Shown here one piece after another: positions 9,941 to 19,822 of a stretch of 64,000 bases of DNA. The notes under the pieces are model-generated. The model saw only the letters and a program-made list of their open reading frames with translations, did no database searches and was not told the DNA's origin. Each line of letters opens with the position of its first letter. The first letter of the stretch is position 1. The position numbers and the translations under genes were made by a program. The DNA is from an uncultured Chloroflexia bacterium (GTDB lineage Bacteria; Chloroflexota; Limnocylindria; Limnocylindrales; CSP1-4), in NCBI GenBank assembly GCA_963768655.1, contig CAVYIM010000005.1:288001-352000 (forward strand), written 5' to 3'.

Positions 9941-11059
9941 TCACCTGCTGGCGAGCTGCCCTCGAGGGCGGCGCCGTTTGAGCGACAGCAGCAGCCCGTA
10001 GAAGAGGCTGAGGATGGCCGTGATGGCGCCGGCGGCGACACTGAGGTTGCGCGGCGTCGCCGGCACACTGACGTCCCCGCTCGGTGCGTCGCCCCGCGAC
10101 CCGCCCCCGAGCGTCCCGCCCAGGAGTGCGTCCGGGCCGGGCGACGGGCCGTTGACGCCCTGGGCACGATCGATGCCGGCGGCTGGCGCGGCAGTGGGCG
10201 TCGCCGCCGGCTCTGTCGACGGCAGGGCCGGCTCGGCCGGCGAGCCCGACGGGCCAGGGGCCGTGGGGACGGAGAACGTCGGCGTGGGCGCTTCCGCGGA
10301 CGTCTGGGCGATTTGCGCGGGCGTAGGCGCGGATCTTGGCCCAGCTGTCGGCACAGCCGTCGGCGCCGCTGCCGGGCGCGCGGTTCCGGTCGGCCGCGGG
10401 GTCGCCTTCGGTACGGATGGACCTCCCTGGCTGAACAGGCAGTCGTAGAAGTAGGCGCCGTTCGAGCCGATCCACGCCCCGCAACCCACCCGATCATAGC
10501 TGCCGATGATGATCGCGTAGTGAGTCGCGCTCGATGTCCAATCCCACATGGCCCTGTCGGTCGTGTAGTAGGTTTGGGTTGTCGATCCCGGGCAGGTACG
10601 CAACGAAGGCGTGCAGCCGTACTTGTAGTCCACCATCGAGGTTCCGTAGCCGCCGTTGAGAGCCGTTATCTCACCGCGTGAGCCCGTGTAGCCCCAGGAC
10701 GCCATCGCATCCATCGACGTGTAGGTGGGGCAGAGTCGAAGCTGGTGCGCGTTCGCGGGGAACCCGAACACGGCGAAATCCTTGGCTCGCCCCTGCATCA
10801 CCTTGCTGGCGTCGTTGGGACAGGTGACCGCGCCGTCCCTGGCCTTCGAGGCCAGGAAAGTGTCGACACGCAAGGGCGCCTTGCCCAGATAGGCCCGCTC
10901 GCCGTTGATCAGGCGAACGAGCTCGTTCGCCTGTGCGTTGGCTGGACCGGCCGCCAGGACGGCCGGCACGGACCAGGCCAGCGACAGCGCCAGCACAAAC
11001 GCGCTCAGGGCCAGAACGGCAGGCGCGAGGACATAAGGCGGCTGGCGGCGGTTCGGCAA
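9941..11059 (-). CDS. CAP/SCP-like secreted protein with Pro/Thr stalk and C-terminal membrane anchor
   Basis: LVRLINGERAYLGKAPL and W..S.TH..II..SYDRVGCG CAP motifs; signal peptide; C-terminal TM plus basic tail. Confidence 0.8.
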   Translation of the reverse strand: MPNRRQPPYVLAPAVLALSAFVLALSLAWSVPAVLAAGPANAQANELVRLINGERAYLGKAPLRVDTFLASKARDGAVTCPNDASKVMQGRAKDFAVFGFPANAHQLRLCPTYTSMDAMASWGYTGSRGEITALNGGYGTSMVDYKYGCTPSLRTCPGSTTQTYYTTDRAMWDWTSSATHYAIIIGSYDRVGCGAWIGSNGAYFYDCLFSQGGPSVPKATPRPTGTARPAAAPTAVPTAGPRSAPTPAQIAQTSAEAPTPTFSVPTAPGPSGSPAEPALPSTEPAATPTAAPAAGIDRAQGVNGPSPGPDALLGGTLGGGSRGDAPSGDVSVPATPRNLSVAAGAITAILSLFYGLLLSLKRRRPRGQLASR

Positions 11060-11098
11060 GATGGTCTCCTCCGGACGGTAGAGGCTGACGCGTCAACG

Positions 11099-11197
11099 CC
11101 TTGCGACGATCCCTCCGGGCTCCCAGGGTGAGGCTGGAACCGGAGCGTTCATTCTCTGTTGTGGCGACAACCACCCTTTCGGACGGGATCGGCGAGG
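11099..11197 (-). ncRNA. Candidate structured 5' leader RNA of CAP gene
   Basis: Closing stem CGAUCCC/GGGAUCG encloses a GAAA-capped hairpin, a GUUGU/ACAAC hairpin and a CUCCGG-UUCCAG/CUGGGA-CCGGAG hairpin, just upstream of the GGAGGAG RBS. Confidence 0.35.
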
Positions 11198-11332
11198 CAA
11201 CCTGCCTGTGACATGCTTCGTTCACGAGGACATCGTCCGGCCGACTGATTCTGGCGGCGTCCCAAGGGTGAAGGAAACCGAACCATCGGTCCGCCTCTCC
11301 TTCACTTTCGTAACTACCCGTTCGCGCGGTGC

Positions 11333-11422
11333 CTACCGCGATCCGAGCTCCACGAGCCCGTCGACCGCGACCATGCGGCCGAACCGTTTGGTCAATGCTT
11401 CGATCGCGATGGCGGCTGTCAT
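11333..11422 (-). pseudogene. N-terminal remnant of an ABC transporter ATPase
   Basis: MTAAIAIEALTKRFGRMVAVDGL then stop; AGGA RBS upstream. Confidence 0.55.
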
Positions 11423-11712
11423 GGCTGTCCTGTCGTGCGGGCTGACAGTGATGAAGCCAGGCGCCGACTCGCCGCCGATCATCAACAGATGTCCCGATTC
11501 GGGGCCGCCGAAATGTGGACGGCGGAGGGCCACCTCTCGTCGGAGGCCCGGGCCTGGGCCGGCGCGGACCGCGGGGCGGCCCTCCGGGCGCGTCGTCGCG
11601 GCAGGTAGGCCATGCAGATCCTCTTCAGCATAATCTCAGGGAGCGGGCTTACGTTCCGGGCGCGTCCGATCTTGCGGACACAAGGCGCGCGCCCAGCGCC
11701 GCGGAGGCACAC

Positions 11713-12483
11713 ATGACCGCTGACAGCTCCCCCACCCCGCCGGAACCGGTGAGGCGAACGCACACCACTCGCAATCTCCTGATGGTGCTCATAGCCCTCG
11801 TCGTGGTCGCCGGCGTCGCCGTCGGCGGGTACGGCGTGTGGTACCTGTTCTTGAGCCCGGCCGGCCCCGCGGCCGTGGCCTCGGGCGCGCCGGTGGTTCC
11901 CTCCGGTGCAGGCGTGCCCGCGCCCTCCTCGCTCGACGGCACGTGGAACGTCAACACAAGCCTCGGTTCCATGACCGACTTCTCCGCCTCGTGGGTCGGC
12001 TATCGGGTCCAGGAGCAGCTCGTGGGCGTCGGCGCGAACACCGCCGTCGGGCGCACGCCCCTGGTGAGCGGCTCGATGACCCTGACCGGAGCCGTCGTTT
12101 CCAACGTCTCGATCACCGCCGACCTGACGGGCCTCAAGAGCAGCGATCCGAACCGCGACAACCAGCTGCGCCGTCAGGCGATCGACACCGACCAGTTCCC
12201 GAACGCGACATTCACGACGACCCAGCCGATCGACCTCGGAACGCTGCCCGCGGAAGGCCAGACCGTGTCGGTGGTCGCGAACGGCTCCCTCACTCTCCAT
12301 GGCGTCACCAGGAGCGTGAACATCACTCTCGCGGCCGTCCGCCAGGGTGGCGTCATCGCCGTGACGGGAACCCTGCCGGTCACGTTCGCGGACTACGGGT
12401 TCAGCGGGCCCACCAGCTTCTCGGTTCTGTCCGTCGACAACAACGGGATCATGGAACTGCATCTACTGTTCACTCACGCCTGA
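11713..12483 (+). CDS. YceI family polyisoprenoid-binding protein with membrane anchor
   Basis: VGYRVQEQL, AVGRT, L.S....RD..LR, FP.ATF and G.LTLHGVT motifs; GGAGG RBS. Confidence 0.9.
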   Translation: MTADSSPTPPEPVRRTHTTRNLLMVLIALVVVAGVAVGGYGVWYLFLSPAGPAAVASGAPVVPSGAGVPAPSSLDGTWNVNTSLGSMTDFSASWVGYRVQEQLVGVGANTAVGRTPLVSGSMTLTGAVVSNVSITADLTGLKSSDPNRDNQLRRQAIDTDQFPNATFTTTQPIDLGTLPAEGQTVSVVANGSLTLHGVTRSVNITLAAVRQGGVIAVTGTLPVTFADYGFSGPTSFSVLSVDNNGIMELHLLFTHA

Positions 12484-12523
12484 TGCTCACCCAGGCCTGA
12501 GCGGGGCGGGTAAGGAGGAGTCA

Positions 12524-13072
12524 ATGTCCTTCATGCGGTTCCTCGGCGGCCATCCGGCTGCCGGCGCGTCGGCCTCCCAGCCCTTGCCGACCGACAACGA
12601 GACCGAGGCGGTGCGCAGGATCGTCGCCCGCCTGGAGGCGCTGGAGCCCGGCAAGGCCCGGCTTCTGGCCGGCATGGCGTACGTCCTGGCCAGGGCCGCC
12701 AACGCCGACATGGAGATCACGGACGTCGAGACGCAGGCAATCGAGAGCGTGCTCGTCGAATACGGGCTCGATCAATCCCAGGCCGTCCTGGTCGCGGAGA
12801 TGGCCAAGCTCCAGGAGCGGACCAGCGGCGGCACGAGCGACTATCTGGTGACGCGCGAGTTCCGCGAGGATTCGAGCCCCGACCAGCGCCTGATCCTGCT
12901 CCGGGCCTGCTTCCAGGTCGCGGCGGCGGACGGCGCGATCAGCGCGGTGGAGAGCGCGACTCTCGACGAGATCGCAAGCGAGCTCGACATAGAGCGCGGC
13001 CAGGCGACCGCGGTCAGGGCGCAGTATGCGGACATGTTCACCGCCAGGCTGAGCTATCGGCCGAAGACCTGA
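12524..13072 (+). CDS. TerB family (tellurite resistance-like) protein
   Basis: LARAANADMEITDVE and FQVAAADGAISAVE duplicated TerB motifs. Confidence 0.85.
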   Translation: MSFMRFLGGHPAAGASASQPLPTDNETEAVRRIVARLEALEPGKARLLAGMAYVLARAANADMEITDVETQAIESVLVEYGLDQSQAVLVAEMAKLQERTSGGTSDYLVTREFREDSSPDQRLILLRACFQVAAADGAISAVESATLDEIASELDIERGQATAVRAQYADMFTARLSYRPKT

Positions 13073-13145
13073 CGCGAGGCCGCTGCCAGTACCGGCTCGA
13101 CCGGCAATGTCCGCCGGCGGCGACGGTATCGAAGGCTCGGCGGCC

Positions 13146-14471
13146 TCAGCGGGTGTGGACCGGCTGACTCGACCGGCCGGCGGACTGCGAGGTCAACCTG
13201 TTGAGCAGGTCGCGGACGGGCCGCACGAACCATCGCGGGAAGCAATTCGTCCTGCCCGGTTCGTCCCTGGCCGCGATCAGCCTGTCGGCCAGGGCCTCGA
13301 TGTCGCCGATCACCTTCGCCTTCGGATATGCCTCGACCGCCGAGCGATGGCTGTTGGCCGCGCGGACGAAGAGCATGCCGGCGGACCGGATCCGGGCTAT
13401 GGCCGCGAACCCGACGACCTTCTCGACGTCGCTCGCCGAGACGCCACTGTTCGAGCGGTTGATGATGAGGGACAGGCGATCGCGAATCTCCAACTCCACC
13501 GCAACCTCGCGGAACTGCACCGCAGCCCGGATAGTCGGCACATCCGGCGTGACGGGCACAAGGATCTGGTCGGCCATGGCGAAGATGCCCTGGTTGAGCG
13601 GCCCGTAGTCGGGATGCATGTCCACGATGATCCAGTCGAAGGCGTCGCGGGCGGCGCTGATCGCCTGGGCAACGCGCTTGGGCTCGAGGACTTCGGTGTG
13701 GAGCGGCGACCTGGACATCGTCAGAACCTCGACGCCGCTGCTGTGGGCCGAGGCGATCTCCGCGAGAGAGTGGTTGGCGTTCGTCTCCAGGTCCGTGCCC
13801 CAGACATCCACGACCGTGGGGATCTCGTCCATGCCCAACGAAGTCAGGACGTGGCCGGTCACGGTGTCGCAGTCGATCAGCAGCACGCGCTGGTTCTTGC
13901 GCATCTGCAGCACCGCCGAAGTGTTGATGGCGATCGTGGTCTTGCCGACGCCACCCTTCGGGTTGAAGACCACGACGATCTGGCCGCGGTGAGCGACGGC
14001 CGATGACGAGACGCCGACTTCGCCCTCGAGGATGGCGGCGCGGGCATCGTCGCCCAGGGCCTCGGCCCGAATGAGCATCGTTTCGGCCCGAATGAGCATC
14101 GCCTCCACGCGCCAGCGAAGCGAGGCGGCTGAATAGGGCCGGTTGACGAACTCGCCGTTGACGCGGGCACGGCCGGCGAGGCTGAGCCGATCGACCGCCG
14201 TCGACGAAACGATCATCAGCGACGCGACGTTGCGCTCCCCTTCGTGCAGGAGGGAGTACATCTCGATCGTCGCGTCGAAGTCGCTCTCGCCATCGAGGAC
14301 AGCGAGGCCGACGTCGGGCCGGCGATCGAGCAGACCCTCGAGCTCGTCGGCGTTGGAGACAGCGAGGACTTCGTATCCGGCTTCTGTCAGCTCCGCGTTC
14401 ACTGCCGAGAGCTCGTCTTCGGGCAGGTAGACGGCGACAGCTGATCGCGGCACTACGCTGTAGCCTCCCAT
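13146..14471 (-). CDS. Receiver-like domain plus ParA/MinD ATPase (CpaE/TadZ-like)
   Basis: N-terminal REC-like fold; KGGVGKTT deviant Walker A, VLLIDCD, IIVDM and NR motifs. Confidence 0.85.
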   Translation of the reverse strand: MGGYSVVPRSAVAVYLPEDELSAVNAELTEAGYEVLAVSNADELEGLLDRRPDVGLAVLDGESDFDATIEMYSLLHEGERNVASLMIVSSTAVDRLSLAGRARVNGEFVNRPYSAASLRWRVEAMLIRAETMLIRAEALGDDARAAILEGEVGVSSSAVAHRGQIVVVFNPKGGVGKTTIAINTSAVLQMRKNQRVLLIDCDTVTGHVLTSLGMDEIPTVVDVWGTDLETNANHSLAEIASAHSSGVEVLTMSRSPLHTEVLEPKRVAQAISAARDAFDWIIVDMHPDYGPLNQGIFAMADQILVPVTPDVPTIRAAVQFREVAVELEIRDRLSLIINRSNSGVSASDVEKVVGFAAIARIRSAGMLFVRAANSHRSAVEAYPKAKVIGDIEALADRLIAARDEPGRTNCFPRWFVRPVRDLLNRLTSQSAGRSSQPVHTR

Positions 14472-14631
14472 TTGGAACGAAGGTACTGCCCCCAGTCTAG
14501 CCGAAGGTCATAGCTTCGTGCCGGACGTTGAGCGCCGAGTGGGGCGGCGACGCAACACTCGTTCCCGGCCGCCGGCCACGCGGCCGTCAGTGCGGCCCTC
14601 GGCGCGGCCGGATGCCGGTATCGCTTAAGCT

Positions 14632-16695
14632 ATGCCGTCCGTCACTCCGGTTCAGGATTGCCCGCCCGTGAAGACCTACCTGCGAGGCGTCTTCGACGTC
14701 TTTCGCTCCTACTTACGCATCGCCATGCTGGTTCCATCCGGCGGGACCGGCCTCGTCGCGATCCTGATCGCGCTCAACGTCGCGTTGGGGCTGCTGCCGA
14801 TCGTCTTCATCGTGGCGACGAGCGTCATGATCGGGCGTGTGCCGGACGCGGTCGCCGGCGGTGTCGGCTCGGCCCAGTGGCACTCGCTCGTCGTCGCTTT
14901 CGCCGTAGCCGCCACGGCCTTCGTCGTGCAGCAGATCATCGCCCCGCTGCAGGCGGCCCTGGGCGAGCTGCTGGCCCGCCAGGTCGACGGCCGCGTCTTC
15001 GATCGGCTCATCGCCGCCGCGCTGCAGAGCAGCGGGATCGGCCCGCTGGAGGACCAGGGCCTGCTCGACGAACTGACCCAGGCCGCGACGACGCTGGAGC
15101 AGAGCTTCCGGACCCCGGGCCTGGCTTGCGCCGGGCTCCTCGCCCTGGTCGCCCGCTACACTCAGCTGCTCGGAGGCGCCGCGCTGGTCGGGCTCGTCTT
15201 CTCGTGGCCCGCGGCGCTGGCCCTCGTAGCCACCACGATGGTCTTCCGGAGAGGCAATCGCGGTGGCCTGCGAACGTACGGCAAGCTCTTCGGCCGCAGC
15301 ATCGGGATCAGACGGGAGTCGTGGTATTACCGGGCCGTCGCGCTACGAGCCGGCGCCGGCAAGGAGATCCGCGTCTTCGGCCTGGCCGGCTGGCTCTCCA
15401 CGCACTACCGCGAGCTGCAGATGAAGTTGCTGGCGCTGGTCTGGGCCGAGCGCCGGCGGATCTACCTGCGCCCGTACCTCGTGTACACGGCGATCGGGTT
15501 TGCCATCGCGGCGATGGCTCTGGCGGCCCTGGGCCGAACGGCTGCGGCCGGCAGCCTCTCGCTGACGCAACTCGCCCTGGGCCTCCAGGCGGCCATCGCG
15601 GCGCTTCGTCTGGGCGAGGCGTGGCCGGAGTGCGACACCCAGACACAGTTCGGGATGTTCGCCTACGACGGCGTCCAGGGCTTCGAGCGGGGCGTCGCAG
15701 CCTTCGACGAGAGAGCGCTCCAGCTCGAACCGCGTCAGGACCCGCGCGGCCTGCCCCGGCGCGAGATCCGCTTCGAGGGCGTCGACTTCCACTACCCCGG
15801 CTCGGAACGGCCCGTTCTCGACCATCTCGACCTGACGCTGCCGGCGGGACGCTGTACGGCCATCGTCGGGCTCAACGGCGCCGGCAAGACGACGCTCGTG
15901 AAGCTGCTCTCGCGGCTGTACGAGCCGACCGGCGGCCGCCTGCTGGTCGACGGCATCGACGTCCGATCCTTCGGCGTCGACGACTGGCGCCGCCAGATCG
16001 GCGTCATCTTCCAGGACTTCAACCGCTACGAGCTGACTGCCGCGGAGAACATCGGCTTCGGCGCCGTGGAGCTGCGCGACAACCGGGCCCGGATCCGCGT
16101 CGCCGCCCGGCGGGCCGGCGTCCTGGCCACGCTGGAGCGGCTGCCGCGCGGCCTCGACACTCCGCTCGCCCGCCAGTACAAGGACGGCGCCGAACTGTCC
16201 GGCGGGCAGTGGCAGCGCGTCGCCATCGCCCGGGCGCTCTTCGCTCTGGAGAACGGGGCCTCGATCCTGGTCCTCGATGAGCCCACCGCCGCCCTGGACG
16301 TGCGGGCCGAGGCCGCCTTCTTCGACAAGTTCGTCGACGTCACGCGCGGGGCCACGGCGCTCCTCATCTCACATCGCTTCTCCAGCGTCCGCCACGCCGA
16401 CCACATCGTCGTCCTGGCGGGCGGCCGGGTGATCGAGCAGGGCAGCCACGACGAGCTGCTGGCGGCCAACGGCCGCTACGCCGAGCTCTTCCGCCTCCAG
16501 GCCGAACGGTTCGTCGAGGACGAAGAAACCGAGACGGTGAACGCGGCGGACCTGGCCGGCGACAGGACGGCCGAGGACGAGGGCGCCGAAGGTGGGGCGG
16601 CGGATGCGGCCGACGCCGCCGGGGCAGCCGAACGGGCCGAGGCGACCGAAGGCCCGGCTTCGAAGGCGGCCGGTCGGTCGGAGACCAGCCGATGA
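14632..16695 (+). CDS. ABC exporter, fused permease/ATPase (heterodimer subunit 1)
   Basis: TMD plus GLNGAGKTT, LSGGQWQR, LDEPT and SHRFS. Confidence 0.95.
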   Translation: MPSVTPVQDCPPVKTYLRGVFDVFRSYLRIAMLVPSGGTGLVAILIALNVALGLLPIVFIVATSVMIGRVPDAVAGGVGSAQWHSLVVAFAVAATAFVVQQIIAPLQAALGELLARQVDGRVFDRLIAAALQSSGIGPLEDQGLLDELTQAATTLEQSFRTPGLACAGLLALVARYTQLLGGAALVGLVFSWPAALALVATTMVFRRGNRGGLRTYGKLFGRSIGIRRESWYYRAVALRAGAGKEIRVFGLAGWLSTHYRELQMKLLALVWAERRRIYLRPYLVYTAIGFAIAAMALAALGRTAAAGSLSLTQLALGLQAAIAALRLGEAWPECDTQTQFGMFAYDGVQGFERGVAAFDERALQLEPRQDPRGLPRREIRFEGVDFHYPGSERPVLDHLDLTLPAGRCTAIVGLNGAGKTTLVKLLSRLYEPTGGRLLVDGIDVRSFGVDDWRRQIGVIFQDFNRYELTAAENIGFGAVELRDNRARIRVAARRAGVLATLERLPRGLDTPLARQYKDGAELSGGQWQRVAIARALFALENGASILVLDEPTAALDVRAEAAFFDKFVDVTRGATALLISHRFSSVRHADHIVVLAGGRVIEQGSHDELLAANGRYAELFRLQAERFVEDEETETVNAADLAGDRTAEDEGAEGGAADAADAAGAAERAEATEGPASKAAGRSETSR

Positions 16696-18476
16696 ACGAG
16701 ACGCTGCGCAGCGCGGCCTGGCTGCTTCGAATCTCGTGGCAGCAGAATCGCATCAAGACGATCGCCGCACTGGTGCTCGTGCTCGGCAGCGCGGTATCGG
16801 CGCCGTTGCTGGCTCTTTCGATGAAGTGGCTGACCAACGCCGCGGTGGCCGGCGACGCCGGGACCGCGACCGTGGCCGGGATCGCCGTGGCGGCCTGCGT
16901 GATCGGCGTCCTGACGCTCGGCCACTTCGCCCACATCGCCTACTACGAGCTGTCCGAGATCAACACCCTGTCGGCCGAGCTGAGGCTCATCGCCATGGCC
17001 AACGGTTCGGCCGGGGTCGAGCATCAGGAGCGAGCCGAGTACGCCGACCGTGTGGCCGTCCTCGAGCAGGAGCTCGGCCAGATCCAGGACGGCTTCTATG
17101 CCGTCCTGATGCTCTCGAGCCTGGCCGTGGCGATCGTGATGACCGGTGTGTTGCTGGCCCTGATCAACCCGCTCCTGCTGCTGCTGCCGCTCGTCGCGTT
17201 TCCGCCGCTCATCACCGGCCGCCGGGCCCAGCTGCTCGTCGATCGGGCGCGCGAGGAATCGGCAGCGGACACGCGCCTGGCGCTGCACCTCTTCCGCCTG
17301 GCCACGGGCGCCGGCCCCGCCAAGGAGCTGCGCGTCTTCCGCCTGCAGGGCGAGATGCGGCGCCGCCACCGCGAGCTGTGGGAGAAGACCACTCGCACCC
17401 TGTGGCGGGCCCAAATCAGGGCGATGGTTCTGCGCACGGCCGGGCAGCTCTGCTTCGCGGCCGGCTACGTGGCCGGCGTCCTGCTCGTCGTGAGCGACGC
17501 CATCAGCGGGCAACGCAGCGTCGGCGACGTGGTCATGGCGATCACCCTCGCCGCCCAGGTCAACCAGCAGGTCGCGGCCGCCGTCTCGCTGCTCAACGAC
17601 CTGCAGCGCATCGCCCGAGCCTACGCTCGCTTCGGGTGGCTGGAGGCCTACGTCGCCGAGCGCGAGCCCAGGGGCGCCGATCAGCCCGTTCCCGAGCGTC
17701 TGGTCGAGGGCGTCCGGTTCGAGAACGTGACCTTCCGGTATCCGGGCACGGACCGGACCGTGCTCGAGGGCGTGAACCTGGATCTGCCGGCTGGCTCGAC
17801 CGTGGCCATCGTCGGCGAGAACGGCGCCGGCAAGAGCACCCTGGTCAAGCTCCTGTGCCGCTTCTACGAACCAACGGCCGGCCGCATCACGGCAGATGGC
17901 GCCGACCTGTCGAGGATCCCGCTCGACGCCTGGCGTACCCGCATCGCGGCCGGCTTCCAGGACTTCGTCCGCTTCGAGTTCGTCGCCCGCCGCACGGTCG
18001 GCGTGGGCGATCTGCCGTTGGCCGACGAGCTGCCGGCAGTGGAGGCGGCCCTGGAACGCGCCCACGCCATGGACGTGGTCGGCCGCCTGGAGGATGGCCT
18101 CTCGACGCAGCTGGGCAAGTCCTACGCGGAGGGCACCGAGCTCTCCGGCGGGCAGTGGCAGAAGCTGGCCCTCGGCCGGGCGATGATGCGCGAGCTGCCC
18201 CTGGTCCTGATCCTCGACGAGCCCACGTCCGCGCTGGACGCCGAGGCCGAGCACGCCTTGTTCGAGCGCTACGCGGAAGGGGCGCGGCGCGTCGGCCAGG
18301 CGACCGGCGGCATCACCGTGCTCGTCTCGCACCGCTTCTCGACGGTCCGCATGGCGGACCTGATCGTGGTCGTGGCCGACGGCCATGTCGTGGAGGCCGG
18401 GCCGCACACCCAGCTGATGCGCAACCGCGGCCTCTACGCGGATCTGTATGACCTGCAGGCCAGCGCCTACGAGTGA
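16692..18476 (+). CDS. ABC exporter, fused permease/ATPase (heterodimer subunit 2)
   Basis: TMD plus GENGAGKST, LSGGQWQK and LDEPT; ATGA overlap with the preceding gene. Confidence 0.95.
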   Translation: MNETLRSAAWLLRISWQQNRIKTIAALVLVLGSAVSAPLLALSMKWLTNAAVAGDAGTATVAGIAVAACVIGVLTLGHFAHIAYYELSEINTLSAELRLIAMANGSAGVEHQERAEYADRVAVLEQELGQIQDGFYAVLMLSSLAVAIVMTGVLLALINPLLLLLPLVAFPPLITGRRAQLLVDRAREESAADTRLALHLFRLATGAGPAKELRVFRLQGEMRRRHRELWEKTTRTLWRAQIRAMVLRTAGQLCFAAGYVAGVLLVVSDAISGQRSVGDVVMAITLAAQVNQQVAAAVSLLNDLQRIARAYARFGWLEAYVAEREPRGADQPVPERLVEGVRFENVTFRYPGTDRTVLEGVNLDLPAGSTVAIVGENGAGKSTLVKLLCRFYEPTAGRITADGADLSRIPLDAWRTRIAAGFQDFVRFEFVARRTVGVGDLPLADELPAVEAALERAHAMDVVGRLEDGLSTQLGKSYAEGTELSGGQWQKLALGRAMMRELPLVLILDEPTSALDAEAEHALFERYAEGARRVGQATGGITVLVSHRFSTVRMADLIVVVADGHVVEAGPHTQLMRNRGLYADLYDLQASAYE

Positions 18477-18496
18477 CCCGTCGGGCAGGCGCGGCG

Positions 18497-19822
18497 TCAG
18501 CCGACCAGCAGCAGGGCCACGTCCTGCCCTTGAACGAGACAGTCGACGAGGACGCCCGATCCGTCCGGCGACACAACGGGATCGTAGCGGACCGGTCCTG
18601 GCACGGCGATCGTTCGCGACTCGCCGTTGCGGATGAGTGTCATCGGCCCGGTGTCCGGGGCGTAGTCGAAGGAGAACACGATCGTCGATCCGTCGGTCGA
18701 GGCGACGGCGGTGTCGCCGACTCCGGCTTGGGCCACACCCGGACCTCCCGAGATCGGGTAAGTGGTGACCGCCGAGCCATCCAGAGCTGGAGCCACGAGG
18801 TTGCTCGCGCTATCCCAGACTGCGGATCCAACCTCGGCTCCCGTTGGTCCAATCAGCTGTCCAGTGGTCGTGTCGACGATCGCGTGGCTCCCGACGCCCG
18901 CCCGGAGATAGCGACCCGACGGATCGAAGCTCATCCATCGGCTGAAGGAAGCGCTCTTGATCGACACCACGGTATGTAGGTCGGGCCAGCTGAGGACCTC
19001 GAGCCAGCCCGGTGGTTGGCTCCCGACACCCTGCGGCCCGACTGGCTTGACGTAATGCCACACCGCGAGCTTGGTTCCGTCCGGGGACCATGCCGAGGCG
19101 TAGCCGGACAGAACCCGGCTCGTTCCGGCCTGCGTCCAGACCACGAAGCTGTCCTTTGCCTGGTCGGACGCGAGAGTGGCAACAGCGACCGCGCCGTGGT
19201 CGTTGGACAGGTCGCCCTCACCGATGTCAGCCGCGATCGGGGTCAGGTCGGCCGAGGTAACGGATCCGAGGAAGCTCGAACTGCCGCTCAAGAGCACGAA
19301 TTGCGTTGCGTCGAGCCAGATGAGGCCCTGGCCGTCGAGTGCGCGGACCAGGTTGCCCTCTGTGTCGAACAGGCCGAGTTGTTGCGGCACCTGCATTCCG
19401 GTCGCGACGTCGTCCGGCACAGCCAGCCAGCTCCCGTCGGGCGACCATGACGCGCCGACGGTGTCGGCAGAGGCGTCGAGGACTTTCCAGTCGCCGAGCT
19501 GCGTGGGCGACGCGAGCGGCGACGGCGCCGGCGACCCGGTGGGAAGCGGCATTGAGGGCGACGCGACGGCGGCGGCCGTCGGCGACGACGTGGCGGCTGG
19601 TGCCAACATCGTCGGCAGCGCGAACGGCATCAGCGCCAGCGCCACCACGAGCGCGCCCGCGACCGCGACGGCTACCAGCTGGCGCCCCAGGCCCGGGGCC
19701 GTCCTCCCCTGCCGCCTCTCTTTGATCGCCGCGGCGACTTTCGCCATGGCCCGGTGCGAACTGGCCGGCGTGATCGACTCGAAGTAGTCGCGAAGACCCT
19801 CGTGGAGGTCGTTGTCGTTCAT
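18497..19822 (-). CDS. Putative anti-sigma factor: TM helix plus extracellular TolB/PD40-like beta-propeller
   Basis: Overlaps ECF sigma stop; short cytoplasmic N-terminus, TM, P/S/T linker, WSPDG repeats. Confidence 0.75.
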   Translation of the reverse strand: MNDNDLHEGLRDYFESITPASSHRAMAKVAAAIKERRQGRTAPGLGRQLVAVAVAGALVVALALMPFALPTMLAPAATSSPTAAAVASPSMPLPTGSPAPSPLASPTQLGDWKVLDASADTVGASWSPDGSWLAVPDDVATGMQVPQQLGLFDTEGNLVRALDGQGLIWLDATQFVLLSGSSSFLGSVTSADLTPIAADIGEGDLSNDHGAVAVATLASDQAKDSFVVWTQAGTSRVLSGYASAWSPDGTKLAVWHYVKPVGPQGVGSQPPGWLEVLSWPDLHTVVSIKSASFSRWMSFDPSGRYLRAGVGSHAIVDTTTGQLIGPTGAEVGSAVWDSASNLVAPALDGSAVTTYPISGGPGVAQAGVGDTAVASTDGSTIVFSFDYAPDTGPMTLIRNGESRTIAVPGPVRYDPVVSPDGSGVLVDCLVQGQDVALLLVG

